This document shows, piece by piece, positions 47,047-56,828 of a stretch of 57,504 bases of DNA. Below the pieces are notes generated by a model. The model did not search any database. It saw nothing but the letters and a program-made list of their open reading frames with translations, and had not been told where the DNA came from. The translations under genes and the position numbers were made by a program. The stretch is from NCBI GenBank assembly GCA_947168035.1, contig CAMVKF010000001.1, positions 1 through 57,504 of the forward strand, in the 5' to 3' direction. Within the stretch, counting starts at the first letter, position 1, and each line of letters starts with the position of its first letter. This DNA comes from an uncultured Clostridia bacterium (GTDB lineage Bacteria; Bacillota; Clostridia; TANB77; CAG-508).

Positions 47047-47223
47047 TTATTTAGCATCTCCTTTATTATTTTTGGAAGTATAATATACGATTTCATCTTC
47101 TGATAGTTTTGTCTTTTTTCCCTCTTCTGTTTTACAAAAATCAGAATAAGATTTTACTAAACCTTTCCTCTTGGCTTTTTCAATCAGACTTGTAACTTTT
47201 GATTTATAAAGATTGTTAACCAT
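47047..47223 (-). CDS. putative antitoxin (58 aa; below the ORF-track cutoff)
   Basis: Manual translation gives MVNNLYKSKVTSLIEKAKRKGLVKSYSDFCKTEEGKKTKLSEDEIVYYTSKNNKGDAK. RBS GAGGAGGT lies upstream. Tightly coupled to the toxin gene. Confidence 0.45.
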   Translation of the reverse strand: MVNNLYKSKVTSLIEKAKRKGLVKSYSDFCKTEEGKKTKLSEDEIVYYTSKNNKGDAK

Positions 47224-47315
47224 ATTTCATACCTCCTCTCAAATATTATTTCATATTTTTTATTTTTAATACTATATATTATTAAATTTAAATAAATTTG
47301 ATACTACTATTATAT

Positions 47316-47344
47316 ATTATATCATAAAATTTACATAATATCAA
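47316..47344 (-). promoter_or_regulatory. near-consensus sigma-A promoter of the TA pair
   Basis: Reverse strand reads TTGATA (47344-47339), a 17-nt spacer, then TATAAT (47321-47316). Confidence 0.45.
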
Positions 47345-47525
47345 ATTAATCGTTTTTTATTTATTTTAAACATTTTTTTACACTTTTGTCAATAGTTTTT
47401 CTTCATTTTTTAAAACTCGCACCACAATCGTTTTTAAACGTTTTAAATTTTTCAACAGTATAAATTTACTACCTATAGCAAAAAAAGAGGCAGACTAGAC
47501 TTTTACACCTAATCCACCTCTTTCT

Positions 47526-48839
47526 TTATTTATATGCACTTGTTTTTATATAAGCATATCTTTTTGTTTTAACTACATAAACATAATCTACAGTTGAACT
47601 AATTTTTTTTATTATTTTGACTTGTGTATTTGGTAAATAAGAATATGTTTTTCCTTTTAGGTTTGAGTTTTTATATAATATTGTTCTCCTGGCTAATCTT
47701 CTATATTTTCCTACTGTTTTTTTGATATTTAATGTTATATCTTTACTCGTATAGTCTAAACATATCCAACCTTTATCTGTTTTTCCCCAATTATTTGAAA
47801 CAGCATATATTGTTACTATACTATTTTTTGGGTAGCTTCCTATTTGCTTATAAGATGTACTTGCACCTTGTCTTATTCTTAAACTTGATGCTGTTATTTT
47901 AGCTTGATAATTTGTATTTGTAATATTAGATATTACATTTGTAATTGTTGTAGTAGTTGTTTTATTTTCTGTTTCTACGTTATTTGGATTATATCCATAG
48001 CAGAAGAATTGTTTATAATTTGCATAGTTTCTAAAATTATCTACTGAACAATACACAGTGTTTCCACTTACTGTGACTTTTCCTCTCCTGGTACTTGTTT
48101 CGAATTTTCCACTATACAAATATGGATCATATATCTTTAATATATCTCCTTCTATTCCGTAGATTACAATATAATGCCCACCTGTTGTGAAAAGACCATT
48201 TCCACAACTTGCTATTATATAGTAATCACTTTTTAATAGTTCTATAGCATAATCTAAACTTGATGTTTCAGCATAGTCTATATCAAATTCATCTGCTACT
48301 GCTCTATATGCACTCCAATATGTACCATTATTCGGACTTCTATATCCATTTTCTACAAAAACATCTGCAAGAGTTTTTGTATCTACATATCCTTTTATAC
48401 TGTCAATTATCATTGCAGCAGAAGCTACTCCACAACCACTAGAGCCTATTGTTTGACTGGAATCTCCTGTTGATGTGTAAGGATAATATCTCCACCTACT
48501 ATCAATTTGGCTTATATATGTAAGTTGTGGATTATCATCTGTAGATAGATTCCAATGTTTTGCATCTCCCTCGTAGGCAATATCTCCTTGAAGTTCAAAG
48601 CTTTCATCTTCAACTTCTTGTACTTCTAATATCTGTTCATCATTTTCTGTTAAGGTTGGTATTTCTGTAGTTGACATATTTATTGTTTTTATTTCATCTG
48701 TTATTATTTGTACCGCTTCTTCTAGTTTATTTGTGTCAATTTGACCTGTTTGTTTATAACTGAAATATATATTTAAAGATAGAATTATAATTGTTAATAA
48801 TACTAAAATATAACTAAATATTTTTTCCTTATTTTCCAT
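47526..48839 (-). CDS. phage endolysin candidate: N-terminal membrane anchor, C39-like/papain-fold peptidase, C-terminal SH3b-like domains
   Basis: The ATG at 48839 follows AGGAGGTG; the track start 48890 is probably too long. TM FSYILVLLTIIILSLNIYF. GSSGCGVASAAMII...GGHYIVIYG (Cys/His as in Peptidase_C39_2). LRIRQGASTSYKQIGSYPKNSIVTIY is SH3b-like. Confidence 0.65.
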   Translation of the reverse strand: MENKEKIFSYILVLLTIIILSLNIYFSYKQTGQIDTNKLEEAVQIITDEIKTINMSTTEIPTLTENDEQILEVQEVEDESFELQGDIAYEGDAKHWNLSTDDNPQLTYISQIDSRWRYYPYTSTGDSSQTIGSSGCGVASAAMIIDSIKGYVDTKTLADVFVENGYRSPNNGTYWSAYRAVADEFDIDYAETSSLDYAIELLKSDYYIIASCGNGLFTTGGHYIVIYGIEGDILKIYDPYLYSGKFETSTRRGKVTVSGNTVYCSVDNFRNYANYKQFFCYGYNPNNVETENKTTTTTITNVISNITNTNYQAKITASSLRIRQGASTSYKQIGSYPKNSIVTIYAVSNNWGKTDKGWICLDYTSKDITLNIKKTVGKYRRLARRTILYKNSNLKGKTYSYLPNTQVKIIKKISSTVDYVYVVKTKRYAYIKTSAYK

Positions 48840-48849
48840 ATTGCACCTC

Positions 48850-49098
48850 CTAATTTTTATTTTCAAGGTCTTTAATTCTGTGATTTGCAACTTTCATTTG
48901 TTCTTCTAATATTGGTACTCTTTGAGCAAAATTATTATGTGCTCTTACTTCTCTTGTTAATTCCTCAATTTTAGTGTCTGTTACTGCTTGTCTTTTATCT
49001 AATTGATGCTCTATGTTTTTATTTCCTTGCATATTACTAAAAAAAACTCCAATTAATGAAAGTCCACCTGTAATTACAGCTACTATTATCGATTCCAT
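48850..49098 (-). CDS. holin-like / lysis-associated membrane protein
   Basis: 82 aa with one N-terminal TM (IIVAVITGGLSLIGVFF) plus a coiled-coil tail. Sits between the fibre and endolysin genes. Confidence 0.4.
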   Translation of the reverse strand: MESIIVAVITGGLSLIGVFFSNMQGNKNIEHQLDKRQAVTDTKIEELTREVRAHNNFAQRVPILEEQMKVANHRIKDLENKN

Positions 49099-49186
49099 AG
49101 TTTACCTCTTTTCTTTTAAATACCTCTGAATATTTTTAATATGTAATATATCATTTATTAAACTACTTGCTTTCATTATTTTATTT

Positions 49187-51226
49187 TTATAATGATTGTA
49201 TCCAATTATCAATTCGTGGTGAAATCCAATTGTCATAGCATAGTTTGGTTGGATGAAGTCCATCGCCATTATCCCAATAATCGCTATCTGTTGCATTAAA
49301 ATATGAAGAAACTTCACTATATAAATCTAAAATAGGAACGCCCCATTTTGCACAAGCTTGTTTTATTATATTCATATAACTTTCTTGCTTATAATTTACA
49401 TTGTTAACAATATAGTTATTATGTTCTCTACCCAATACTTTAGGGGTTAAAATAAAACCTATTTTAGCATTTTTCCATTTGGTTTTTGATTGAATGATAG
49501 CCCATTCAACCGCACCTGCAAAAGTATAAGTATCATAATACTGACTGTCTTTTGTATAGTCTAAACTATTACCATTATTTCTAACAGTTCCTAATGGTAA
49601 CATACGACCTTGGTCATTTATTCCTCCATGTAGAATAACATAATCTGCGTCATTTTTCATAACTGAAATACGTTCAAGAATACTACTATCGTATCCATCT
49701 GTTTCTATTTGAGAAGCTTGTCTTGTTATGCAAGTTCCACTTACACCATATCCATACACTATTGCATTTCTGTGTTTTTCCGCTATATATTGAGCCCAGG
49801 CTGTATTATTATAAGCTGTTATACCACTTCCAGCAACATATTGCATATCTGCGTGCTGAGTTAATAAAGTATTTACATTTCTATCACCAGCGCCATAACA
49901 TATACTATCACCAGTAAAAAGTATTAACTTATTATCTAATTTATTGTCGAGTTTTGGCAAATAGTTTTTTACTTTTTTTATAGAAAGATTTTTATTACTT
50001 TGTTTATTAATATATATTTTTTTACAATAATAAGGTATTTCTATTGAAAAAGAAACATAATCACTATTAATATTTGTATCTTTTACTATTTCTACAATTG
50101 AATTTATTTCATAATTAACCCCATTTAAAGTTTGATTAAATTTCATATCTTTAGATGTTAAACAAACAACAGGATTAGAATAAAATTGAAATGTTTCAAT
50201 CACATATTTTTCATTTGGTAAAACATCAATTGAAATAATATCATAGCCATTAAAAGAAGTTTTTGCTCCGTTTCCTCCAATATAATAGTTTGGAATAAAT
50301 ACTGAATACTCAACATTTTCATAATTTTCAGAAAACGAATATTTTATAGCATCGTTGAATTGATTAAACAATATCTTTTCTTTTTGTATATAAGTATCTA
50401 ATTTTAATATATAAGATGCTCTTGATGGATAATTTGTTGCATTTCCGGTATTAACAATTAATTTTGTTGCATTTTTTGGAATAAATATTGATTTTGAAAA
50501 TCTATTATTGACAATATTATTTCCAAAGATTTCAGATTCAAGTATATTATTATCTATATCAAGAATCGCATAAATTAAAGCGCCTGATGGATAATTTGCA
50601 TAATAAACATCAATATAATAATTTTCTTTTTCTTGAACATTAATTTCATAATGGCTATACGAATCTCTTAATATTAAAGAATTGTCGTAAAACCCATTTA
50701 ATAATTCAAATTCATTATTTGAATATTTTTCTAAAAATGAATTTGATAAATTATCATATAACTTATTTTTGATAATACAATTATTTGCTAATTCCAAACC
50801 TTGATAAGCTCCTCCATCATTCCATTGGCTATTACCATAATAATACCAATGACCATCTGCTGAAACTACATATATCTTACTATGGTCTGGGTCTGCTGTG
50901 GTTAGTGCTGCAACAGTTGCATAAACTCCTGCAGGACTTCCACTTGCTACTGCATTTATTCGTTCTAACAAATTACTATCTGCACTTTCTCTTGAAGTAG
51001 TTTCACTTTGTAGGTCTGCTTTATCTGCTTTTGTAGTATCGCTATTGTCTAACCTATTTTTTAATGTATTAAACGTTCCCCTTGCAGAAACTACTTCCAT
51101 ATTTGCATTGCCTTGCTCTGATGCATCCTCATATGTTTGTTCTATTGCTTGAGCTATACTTTCTCTTACATCTTTTCCATATATTGCTTTTCTGATATTA
51201 GCTATTAAATTTGTTATATTAGGCAT
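49187..51226 (-). CDS. tail fibre / receptor-binding protein with a C-terminal SGNH (GDSL) esterase domain
   Basis: N-terminus IRKAIYGKDVRESIAQAIEQTYED is typical of siphophage baseplate upper/fibre proteins. C-terminal SGNH blocks are present: LFTGDSICYGAG (GDS), HGGINDQ (GxND), DGLHPT (DxxH). Confidence 0.7.
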   Translation of the reverse strand: MPNITNLIANIRKAIYGKDVRESIAQAIEQTYEDASEQGNANMEVVSARGTFNTLKNRLDNSDTTKADKADLQSETTSRESADSNLLERINAVASGSPAGVYATVAALTTADPDHSKIYVVSADGHWYYYGNSQWNDGGAYQGLELANNCIIKNKLYDNLSNSFLEKYSNNEFELLNGFYDNSLILRDSYSHYEINVQEKENYYIDVYYANYPSGALIYAILDIDNNILESEIFGNNIVNNRFSKSIFIPKNATKLIVNTGNATNYPSRASYILKLDTYIQKEKILFNQFNDAIKYSFSENYENVEYSVFIPNYYIGGNGAKTSFNGYDIISIDVLPNEKYVIETFQFYSNPVVCLTSKDMKFNQTLNGVNYEINSIVEIVKDTNINSDYVSFSIEIPYYCKKIYINKQSNKNLSIKKVKNYLPKLDNKLDNKLILFTGDSICYGAGDRNVNTLLTQHADMQYVAGSGITAYNNTAWAQYIAEKHRNAIVYGYGVSGTCITRQASQIETDGYDSSILERISVMKNDADYVILHGGINDQGRMLPLGTVRNNGNSLDYTKDSQYYDTYTFAGAVEWAIIQSKTKWKNAKIGFILTPKVLGREHNNYIVNNVNYKQESYMNIIKQACAKWGVPILDLYSEVSSYFNATDSDYWDNGDGLHPTKLCYDNWISPRIDNWIQSL

Positions 51227-52725
51227 TAATTATTTCCTCCGTTTCCTAAATTTTGAATTATTTGATCTATTTCATCTTTTGTATAATAATTGCCTAAGTC
51301 TAATAGTTCTTCCCATGTAGTGCCATTAAATATATATCTAGTATAAACTCCAGTACTAGAATCAAGAATTTTATAAATATCTCCTAACAATGGATTTTGT
51401 ATATTTGCTAAATCTGTTACATCTGCCACTGTTCCCTTTTCTGTATGCACCCCATTAAATTTTTGGTTTATTTGATTTTTATATGTATTAAAGGTCTGTG
51501 TACTCACATAATCACTTGAAACATCTTCTATTACAGCTTTTACTTCTGTCATATCATCATCTAAAGTTTGAATATTCTGCTTTATTTGAACTAGCTCATT
51601 ATTATTATTTTGTACTGTCTGATTTGATTGTTTTTCCGCTTCTATTTGTTTTTGAGTAAATGATTTAAACGTAGCACCTAAGGTCATTTTACATTCACTT
51701 GGTTTGTCTAGTGCTAGGCTTAATTTGCTTAATAAAAAGTATCTATCTAATCCGTGTGGCTTTGATAATACTCTTACATACTCACCAATCCTAAAGGCCT
51801 CAATATTCACATCTAAATTATGTAAGTCTGCTGCACTTACTTCAATTGAAACTGTTTTATTAATTCTGTTTTGTAGTTCTTGATTGCCTTTTGTTAAAAG
51901 ATTTTCTGGAAGTGTTACATCATCAAATACAACTATGTCTTCCTTTACTCCAAAAAGCGAAACAGCTGAATTATCTTGCACATAATCCAGCCCATTATTT
52001 ACACTTTTGATTGTTAAGTATTCCCCTGTTTCTTCGTTCTTTTTACCTAAAGGAACTATTCTAGTTTTTACGTTTTCAGAACTTATAAATTGAGAAATAT
52101 CTAACTCATTTTTACCAAACTCAATTTTTTGGGTTGATACATTTTCGTACTCTGCTAGATAGTCAATCCAACGTGTTCCATTTTCTTCTCCAGTTTCAAA
52201 ATGTCCACCTAAAATGTCTAAAAGTTTTTCATTCATTTCAGACTTAGTAGATGGATAATTTATATTCGCACGAGTTATATATTCGTTGGGGTCAGTTACT
52301 GTACATCTTCTAGGTGTAAACTGTTTGTTTACATCTACTACAGAATTGTGTTCATTTACATATTTCTTAAATAAAGTTTCTACATCTCCCTGATACGAAT
52401 AAGGCCTTACAATAGAATCATTAAAAAAAGAAAGCTCGCCTTCGCATTCGACTTGCTTTCTGTTCCAGAAATCTGTTTTTTCTGAATATACTATACCTCG
52501 AAATAACTCTGTTTTTACTGTGCTGTTTCCTATTTTATCTACTTGAAATACTTTTATAATTGACTTTTGCTGTTCAACACTATTATATAAATCGTTTTGA
52601 GGTGGCAAGACAAAAGAAAGTGTTCCATTCTTTTTTACCTCAAGATTTAACACAGGAGATAATACTAATCTATTCTTAAGTCTAACATCGTGTAAAATCT
52701 CATTATCGCACGTTATTTGATACAT
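51226..52725 (-). CDS. tail-associated lysin-like / minor structural protein (Tal, prophage tail endopeptidase family N-domain)
   Basis: Position after Dit, 499 aa, and an N-terminus typical of siphophage Tal proteins. No enzymatic motif seen. Confidence 0.6.
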   Translation of the reverse strand: MYQITCDNEILHDVRLKNRLVLSPVLNLEVKKNGTLSFVLPPQNDLYNSVEQQKSIIKVFQVDKIGNSTVKTELFRGIVYSEKTDFWNRKQVECEGELSFFNDSIVRPYSYQGDVETLFKKYVNEHNSVVDVNKQFTPRRCTVTDPNEYITRANINYPSTKSEMNEKLLDILGGHFETGEENGTRWIDYLAEYENVSTQKIEFGKNELDISQFISSENVKTRIVPLGKKNEETGEYLTIKSVNNGLDYVQDNSAVSLFGVKEDIVVFDDVTLPENLLTKGNQELQNRINKTVSIEVSAADLHNLDVNIEAFRIGEYVRVLSKPHGLDRYFLLSKLSLALDKPSECKMTLGATFKSFTQKQIEAEKQSNQTVQNNNNELVQIKQNIQTLDDDMTEVKAVIEDVSSDYVSTQTFNTYKNQINQKFNGVHTEKGTVADVTDLANIQNPLLGDIYKILDSSTGVYTRYIFNGTTWEELLDLGNYYTKDEIDQIIQNLGNGGNN

Positions 52726-53426
52726 TATAGACTACCTCCTCTGTACTCAATTGTAACTGTTCCATTCCCTATAAACTTAAGGATATTTTCTCCCTCGCAT
52801 ATTTCGATGTCAGGCGAATAACTTCCTCCAGCTGGCAAATTATATGTCTGCTCATTAAAAATCAATTGTAGGGCATTTTCGCAAACAAATCTTGGAACTA
52901 CTCTTTGTCTTCTACCTATAATTGATACTTCTAGCTCTCCATTTACTTCTAAATCTTTTGTTTCGTTTATTATTCCATCTACAAAACTAAATGGATCCCA
53001 TTCCCAATCTTCATCAGAAGAGAATAAATCGTATTTATATGGGTCGACATTACATTCAATAATAACTTCTCTTATTAATCCATTTGCCTCATATTTACCC
53101 ACACTTACTTTGCCTGTGTAATAGAAATTCAAATCATTGCTTAACCTTATTTTCATCTTCTTACCATGTAATGCATTTTGTATTCTACTATATTCTTGTA
53201 GTGTAAAGTATTTTTTTAAATTTGCACAAGTTATATTTATTTTTCTGTTTTTAAACTTTGCATCCCCTGTTAGTGAATATGAAAAATCTAATTCTCCATC
53301 GGCTCCTGGTATATCTACAATTTCCTCTTTTAATTCCGCTTCCGATATTTCTAATTTTTCAATATACAAATTAAAGTCTGAAAAAGTATTATATTCATCA
53401 AATAAAACATAACTATATTCTTTCAT
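52725..53426 (-). CDS. distal tail protein (Dit)
   Basis: 233 aa, immediately after the TMP with an overlapping start/stop. The N-terminus (FSDFNLYIEKLEISEAELKEEIVDIPGADG) resembles siphovirus tail-component family proteins. Confidence 0.65.
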   Translation of the reverse strand: MKEYSYVLFDEYNTFSDFNLYIEKLEISEAELKEEIVDIPGADGELDFSYSLTGDAKFKNRKINITCANLKKYFTLQEYSRIQNALHGKKMKIRLSNDLNFYYTGKVSVGKYEANGLIREVIIECNVDPYKYDLFSSDEDWEWDPFSFVDGIINETKDLEVNGELEVSIIGRRQRVVPRFVCENALQLIFNEQTYNLPAGGSYSPDIEICEGENILKFIGNGTVTIEYRGGSL

Positions 53427-55606
53427 CAGCTTCCCCTCTTTCCTTTAATTTGTATATTTCCTAGTGCAATATCGTATTGGTCTACTGTAGCTCCTACCAA
53501 AGCTCCTGTGTCTAATACTAGTTGCTTATTACTTGCAGTTATTAATTGTGGTAGGTAATTTTCTAGCATATCTAAAAGAGTATCTATTTTACTGTTATTT
53601 GAATTAGCAATATTTCCTTCTGTTTCAATATTAAACTTAGTTGGTATAGCACCTTGCATTTGTTCAGTTACGTCCTTCATTTCATCTGAAAAACCTACTC
53701 CAATACCTTTTGCCATAAATTTTCCAACTTCATCTCTTAAAATTGTAGATGGCGAATGTATTCCTAAAGCTTCTTTGATATTTCCTACTATATTTTTAGC
53801 AAAACTCTTTACTTTGTCTTTTACCCAATCTGCCATTCCAGAAATACCTTTCCACAAACCTTCAATTAAATATTTTCCCACATTCTTCATTTCTTCCCAA
53901 AGGCTTTTGATTCCATTTACTAGGTTTGAAACTATCTTTGGAGCTACTTCCATCAATTTATATAGTGAACCAATTAATCCAGATGCTAATTTTCCAATTA
54001 ACTCTCCTCCGGCTTTTACTATTTTAGGAAAATTTCTTATTAATGCACTAACTAACTTTTCAATAATTTCAGGTGCTTTTTCTATTAGTATAGGCAAAGC
54101 TTCTATCAACCCATCTGCTAATCCAAATATTAAATCTATACCTGCATCTATTACCATATCTATATTATCTAATAATCCTTCAACTATTGTAATAATTGCT
54201 TGTACAGCTTGAGGTATTAAATCAGGTAACATTTGCCCTATCCCTACGATTAATTGAGAAATTATTTGTATACCTGCTTGTATGATTTGTGGTAAATTTT
54301 GAATTAATCCATTTGTTAGTGATTGAATAATTTGAATAGCACTTTCAGTTAATTGAGGTAAATATGTCATTATTCCAGACATAATTTCTTGCAACAAATC
54401 TTGCCCCAACTTTAAAAACTCCGGTAATGACTCGCTAATGCTTCCAATAATCTCTGGCATTGCATCTTTTGCTATCCTTATCACATTTTTAGCTACAGTT
54501 GATACACTCTCTACTACTTGTTTTAGGTTACCTGAACCACTTAAAAAATTAGCCCACGAAGCTTTCATAGTAGACATACTTCCTTGGAAAGTCTCTGCAG
54601 ATTCTTTTGCGGTTGTTCCTGTAATATCAAGCTCCCCTTGTATAACGTGAATAGCATTATATACATCACTTAAATTAGAAATATCATATTTTACTCCTGT
54701 TATTTTTTGAGCATCTTTTAAAAGTCTTTCCATTTCGCCTTTAGTTCCACCATATCCAAGTTTTAAGTTATCTAACATTGTGTAATTTTGTTTTGCAAAA
54801 CCTTGATATGCGGATTGAATTGACTCCATAGATGTTCCCATTTTGTTTGCATTATCTGCCATATCAATTACTGCCATATCTGTTACTTCTGCTACTTTTT
54901 TAGTATCTCCGCCTAAACTTTGTAATAGACTTGCACTAAAACTGGTAGCTGTACTCATATAATCAACTGCTGACATACCTGCTGTTTGATATGCTTTATT
55001 TGCATTTTCTATTACCACATTGCTACTTTCTTTAAATAAGGTTTCAATACCTCCAACTTGCTGTTCTAATTCTCCACGAGCATTTAAACTTTCAATAGCT
55101 ACTTCTCCAATTTTAGAAGAAATTTCCTTAATAGCACTACCTACAACTTTTAATCCACCAACAATTACATCACTTAATATATTAGCTTTTAAAATATCTC
55201 CAAATTTTATAGCACCTTCTCCTGCTTGCCCAAAACTGCCTTTCATTTCTTTAAGCTCTTTGTTGCTTTTATCAGTTTCATTTTCCATTTTTACAAGTTG
55301 AGCTTCTGCATTATTTAATTGTGTCTTAAAAGTTTTAACTTTTTCGTTATTTGAGCCATATTCTTTTTCTGCTTTTTCTAATGCTTCTCTTAAAGAATTA
55401 ACTTTTTCTTTTTGCTGTGCTAAAGTGGTATTCATATTATTGTACGAACTTTTAGTTTCTTTTAATGTTTTTTCTCCAGAATTAAATTGAGTATTTGTAA
55501 GTTTTAATTCACTTGAAACTTCTTTTAAGTTTGATGTAATTTCCCTTAGGGCTTTTCTATATTCACTCTCTCCAGTTAATTTGACTGTTCCACCAAAACT
55601 TGACAT
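53426..55606 (-). CDS. tape measure protein
   Basis: 726 aa with a coiled-coil N-terminus, long helical/hydrophobic G/I/L-rich repeats, and a position downstream of the G/GT chaperone. Confidence 0.85.
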   Translation of the reverse strand: MSSFGGTVKLTGESEYRKALREITSNLKEVSSELKLTNTQFNSGEKTLKETKSSYNNMNTTLAQQKEKVNSLREALEKAEKEYGSNNEKVKTFKTQLNNAEAQLVKMENETDKSNKELKEMKGSFGQAGEGAIKFGDILKANILSDVIVGGLKVVGSAIKEISSKIGEVAIESLNARGELEQQVGGIETLFKESSNVVIENANKAYQTAGMSAVDYMSTATSFSASLLQSLGGDTKKVAEVTDMAVIDMADNANKMGTSMESIQSAYQGFAKQNYTMLDNLKLGYGGTKGEMERLLKDAQKITGVKYDISNLSDVYNAIHVIQGELDITGTTAKESAETFQGSMSTMKASWANFLSGSGNLKQVVESVSTVAKNVIRIAKDAMPEIIGSISESLPEFLKLGQDLLQEIMSGIMTYLPQLTESAIQIIQSLTNGLIQNLPQIIQAGIQIISQLIVGIGQMLPDLIPQAVQAIITIVEGLLDNIDMVIDAGIDLIFGLADGLIEALPILIEKAPEIIEKLVSALIRNFPKIVKAGGELIGKLASGLIGSLYKLMEVAPKIVSNLVNGIKSLWEEMKNVGKYLIEGLWKGISGMADWVKDKVKSFAKNIVGNIKEALGIHSPSTILRDEVGKFMAKGIGVGFSDEMKDVTEQMQGAIPTKFNIETEGNIANSNNSKIDTLLDMLENYLPQLITASNKQLVLDTGALVGATVDQYDIALGNIQIKGKRGS

Positions 55607-55638
55607 TCTACATCTCCTTTCTGAAAAATAAAAAAAGA

Positions 55639-55875
55639 CTAATCATCAGGAAACAATTCTCCTCGATGATTTGCCTTTTCTTCTAGTTCTTTATAACTTA
55701 TTTTTTTTAGTTGAAAATCATAACAATTTTTATAATGCCCATATAAATTTAATAGTTTTTTTAAAGTCATTCTACCTACTTCTTTTTCAGAAAATCCAAG
55801 TAAACAATGCCCTATAAATAAAAACCACGAGAAATCAATTTTTATTTCTTCTTCCTCGTGGATTACTCGTTTTTT
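55639..55875 (-). CDS. -1 frame extension of the tail assembly chaperone (T part of the G-T fusion)
   Basis: The frame -1 to 55863..56228 is open from the slippery site to the TAG at 55639-55641. It reads KKRVIHEEEEIKIDFSWFLFIGHCLLGFSEKEVGRMTLKKLLNLYGHYKNCYDF... and has no start codon of its own. Confidence 0.6.
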   Translation of the reverse strand, partial: KKRVIHEEEEIKIDFSWFLFIGHCLLGFSEKEVGRMTLKKLLNLYGHYKNCYDFQLKKISYKELEEKANHRGELFPDD

Positions 55876-56228
55876 GATTCATTGCCTGTTTTCGTGGAAT
55901 CTATTACTGTTTTTTGTACATCCTTTGAGATTTTTTCTACCCCTATATCTGTAATTATTCTTCCAACTTGTTTTTCAGTTAAAAAATCTCTTTTGATTTC
56001 AGCTTTTTCATTTTCAATGTCAATTCCCTCATTTATCATTTCTTTTATTCCAAATTTTAAAGCTTTTATATCTACTTCTCTCTCTTTTCCGTCGGTCAGT
56101 TCTCCCCATTTTTCAAGAGTTTCGTATTTTTCTTGTATTACTTCCATAACATTTAGATTAAAAACAATTGGATATTCTGTTCCATTTACATTTATATGTT
56201 TTATCGTTTCTTGCATAATTTCCTCCAC
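55863..56228 (-). CDS. tail assembly chaperone (G-like)
   Basis: 121 aa, acidic, between the major tail protein and the TMP. Ends ...tcA AAA AAC gag taa. Confidence 0.7.
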   Translation of the reverse strand: MEEIMQETIKHINVNGTEYPIVFNLNVMEVIQEKYETLEKWGELTDGKEREVDIKALKFGIKEMINEGIDIENEKAEIKRDFLTEKQVGRIITDIGVEKISKDVQKTVIDSTKTGNESKNE

Positions 56229-56237
56229 TAAAAAATA

Positions 56238-56828
56238 TTATATACTTCCACCTGTTGGTGTTAATAGTCCATCTAAATATGTCATTGCAGCAGACAATGT
56301 ATCAAAAGTTTTTACTATGTGCCAAGTCCCCACTGATAGTCCATTTATAGCTTTATTTAAACTCATTACTTTGCCTTCTAATGATACTGTGTTAAACTCA
56401 ATTGTTTCCCCTTTTGTTTTAGCATCAGCTGTTATTTTTGTTACTCTTATTCTTGGTAAAAATTCGACTTTGTATTTTTTTACACTGTTTACCATTTTAG
56501 TAACAATATGACCATATCCTATTTCTGGAGAAGTATCTTCTTCATTTTCAGTTATTTCAGAATTTGAAATTGTGCATCCTTTTACTTCTGCATAAGTTGC
56601 ATCATCAACATCACTTAAGGTTAATGCAATAGATCCTCCTGTAAATGTATTATCATACTCTGCTAATCCATCATCAGCAAATAATGATACATCACTTCTA
56701 TTTTCAGTTAATTTTGCATCTATCATTTTACCTAAAACAGGCACTGTTGAATTTGTTAATGCTTTGTATTTATTTGTTGAATAATCTATTTGATTATATT
56801 TTGCATTTCTTAAACCTATATTTGGCAT
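56238..56828 (-). CDS. major tail protein (phi13/TP901-like family)
   Basis: The N-terminus MPNIGLRNAKYNQID resembles the vGlknl.yA start of phi13-family major tail proteins. Size and position fit. Confidence 0.7.
   Translation of the reverse strand: MPNIGLRNAKYNQIDYSTNKYKALTNSTVPVLGKMIDAKLTENRSDVSLFADDGLAEYDNTFTGGSIALTLSDVDDATYAEVKGCTISNSEITENEEDTSPEIGYGHIVTKMVNSVKKYKVEFLPRIRVTKITADAKTKGETIEFNTVSLEGKVMSLNKAINGLSVGTWHIVKTFDTLSAAMTYLDGLLTPTGGSI

Noticed and set aside
49102-49317. A 71-aa ORF overlapping the fibre gene end, and an internal 24-codon ORF at 49102-49176.
   Set aside because: The long version overlaps the well-supported fibre C-terminus in another frame. The short version has no Shine-Dalgarno sequence. 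There is not enough evidence for a gene.
55858-56511. Long plus-strand ORFs such as 55858..56511 (217 aa), 45622..46155, 25383..25832, 53775..54212, 23561..23965 and 12112..12504.
   Set aside because: All lie antisense to well-supported minus-strand genes. They have low-complexity F/L/S/I-rich translations typical of shadow frames in AT-rich DNA, and they lack RBSs and recognisable domains.
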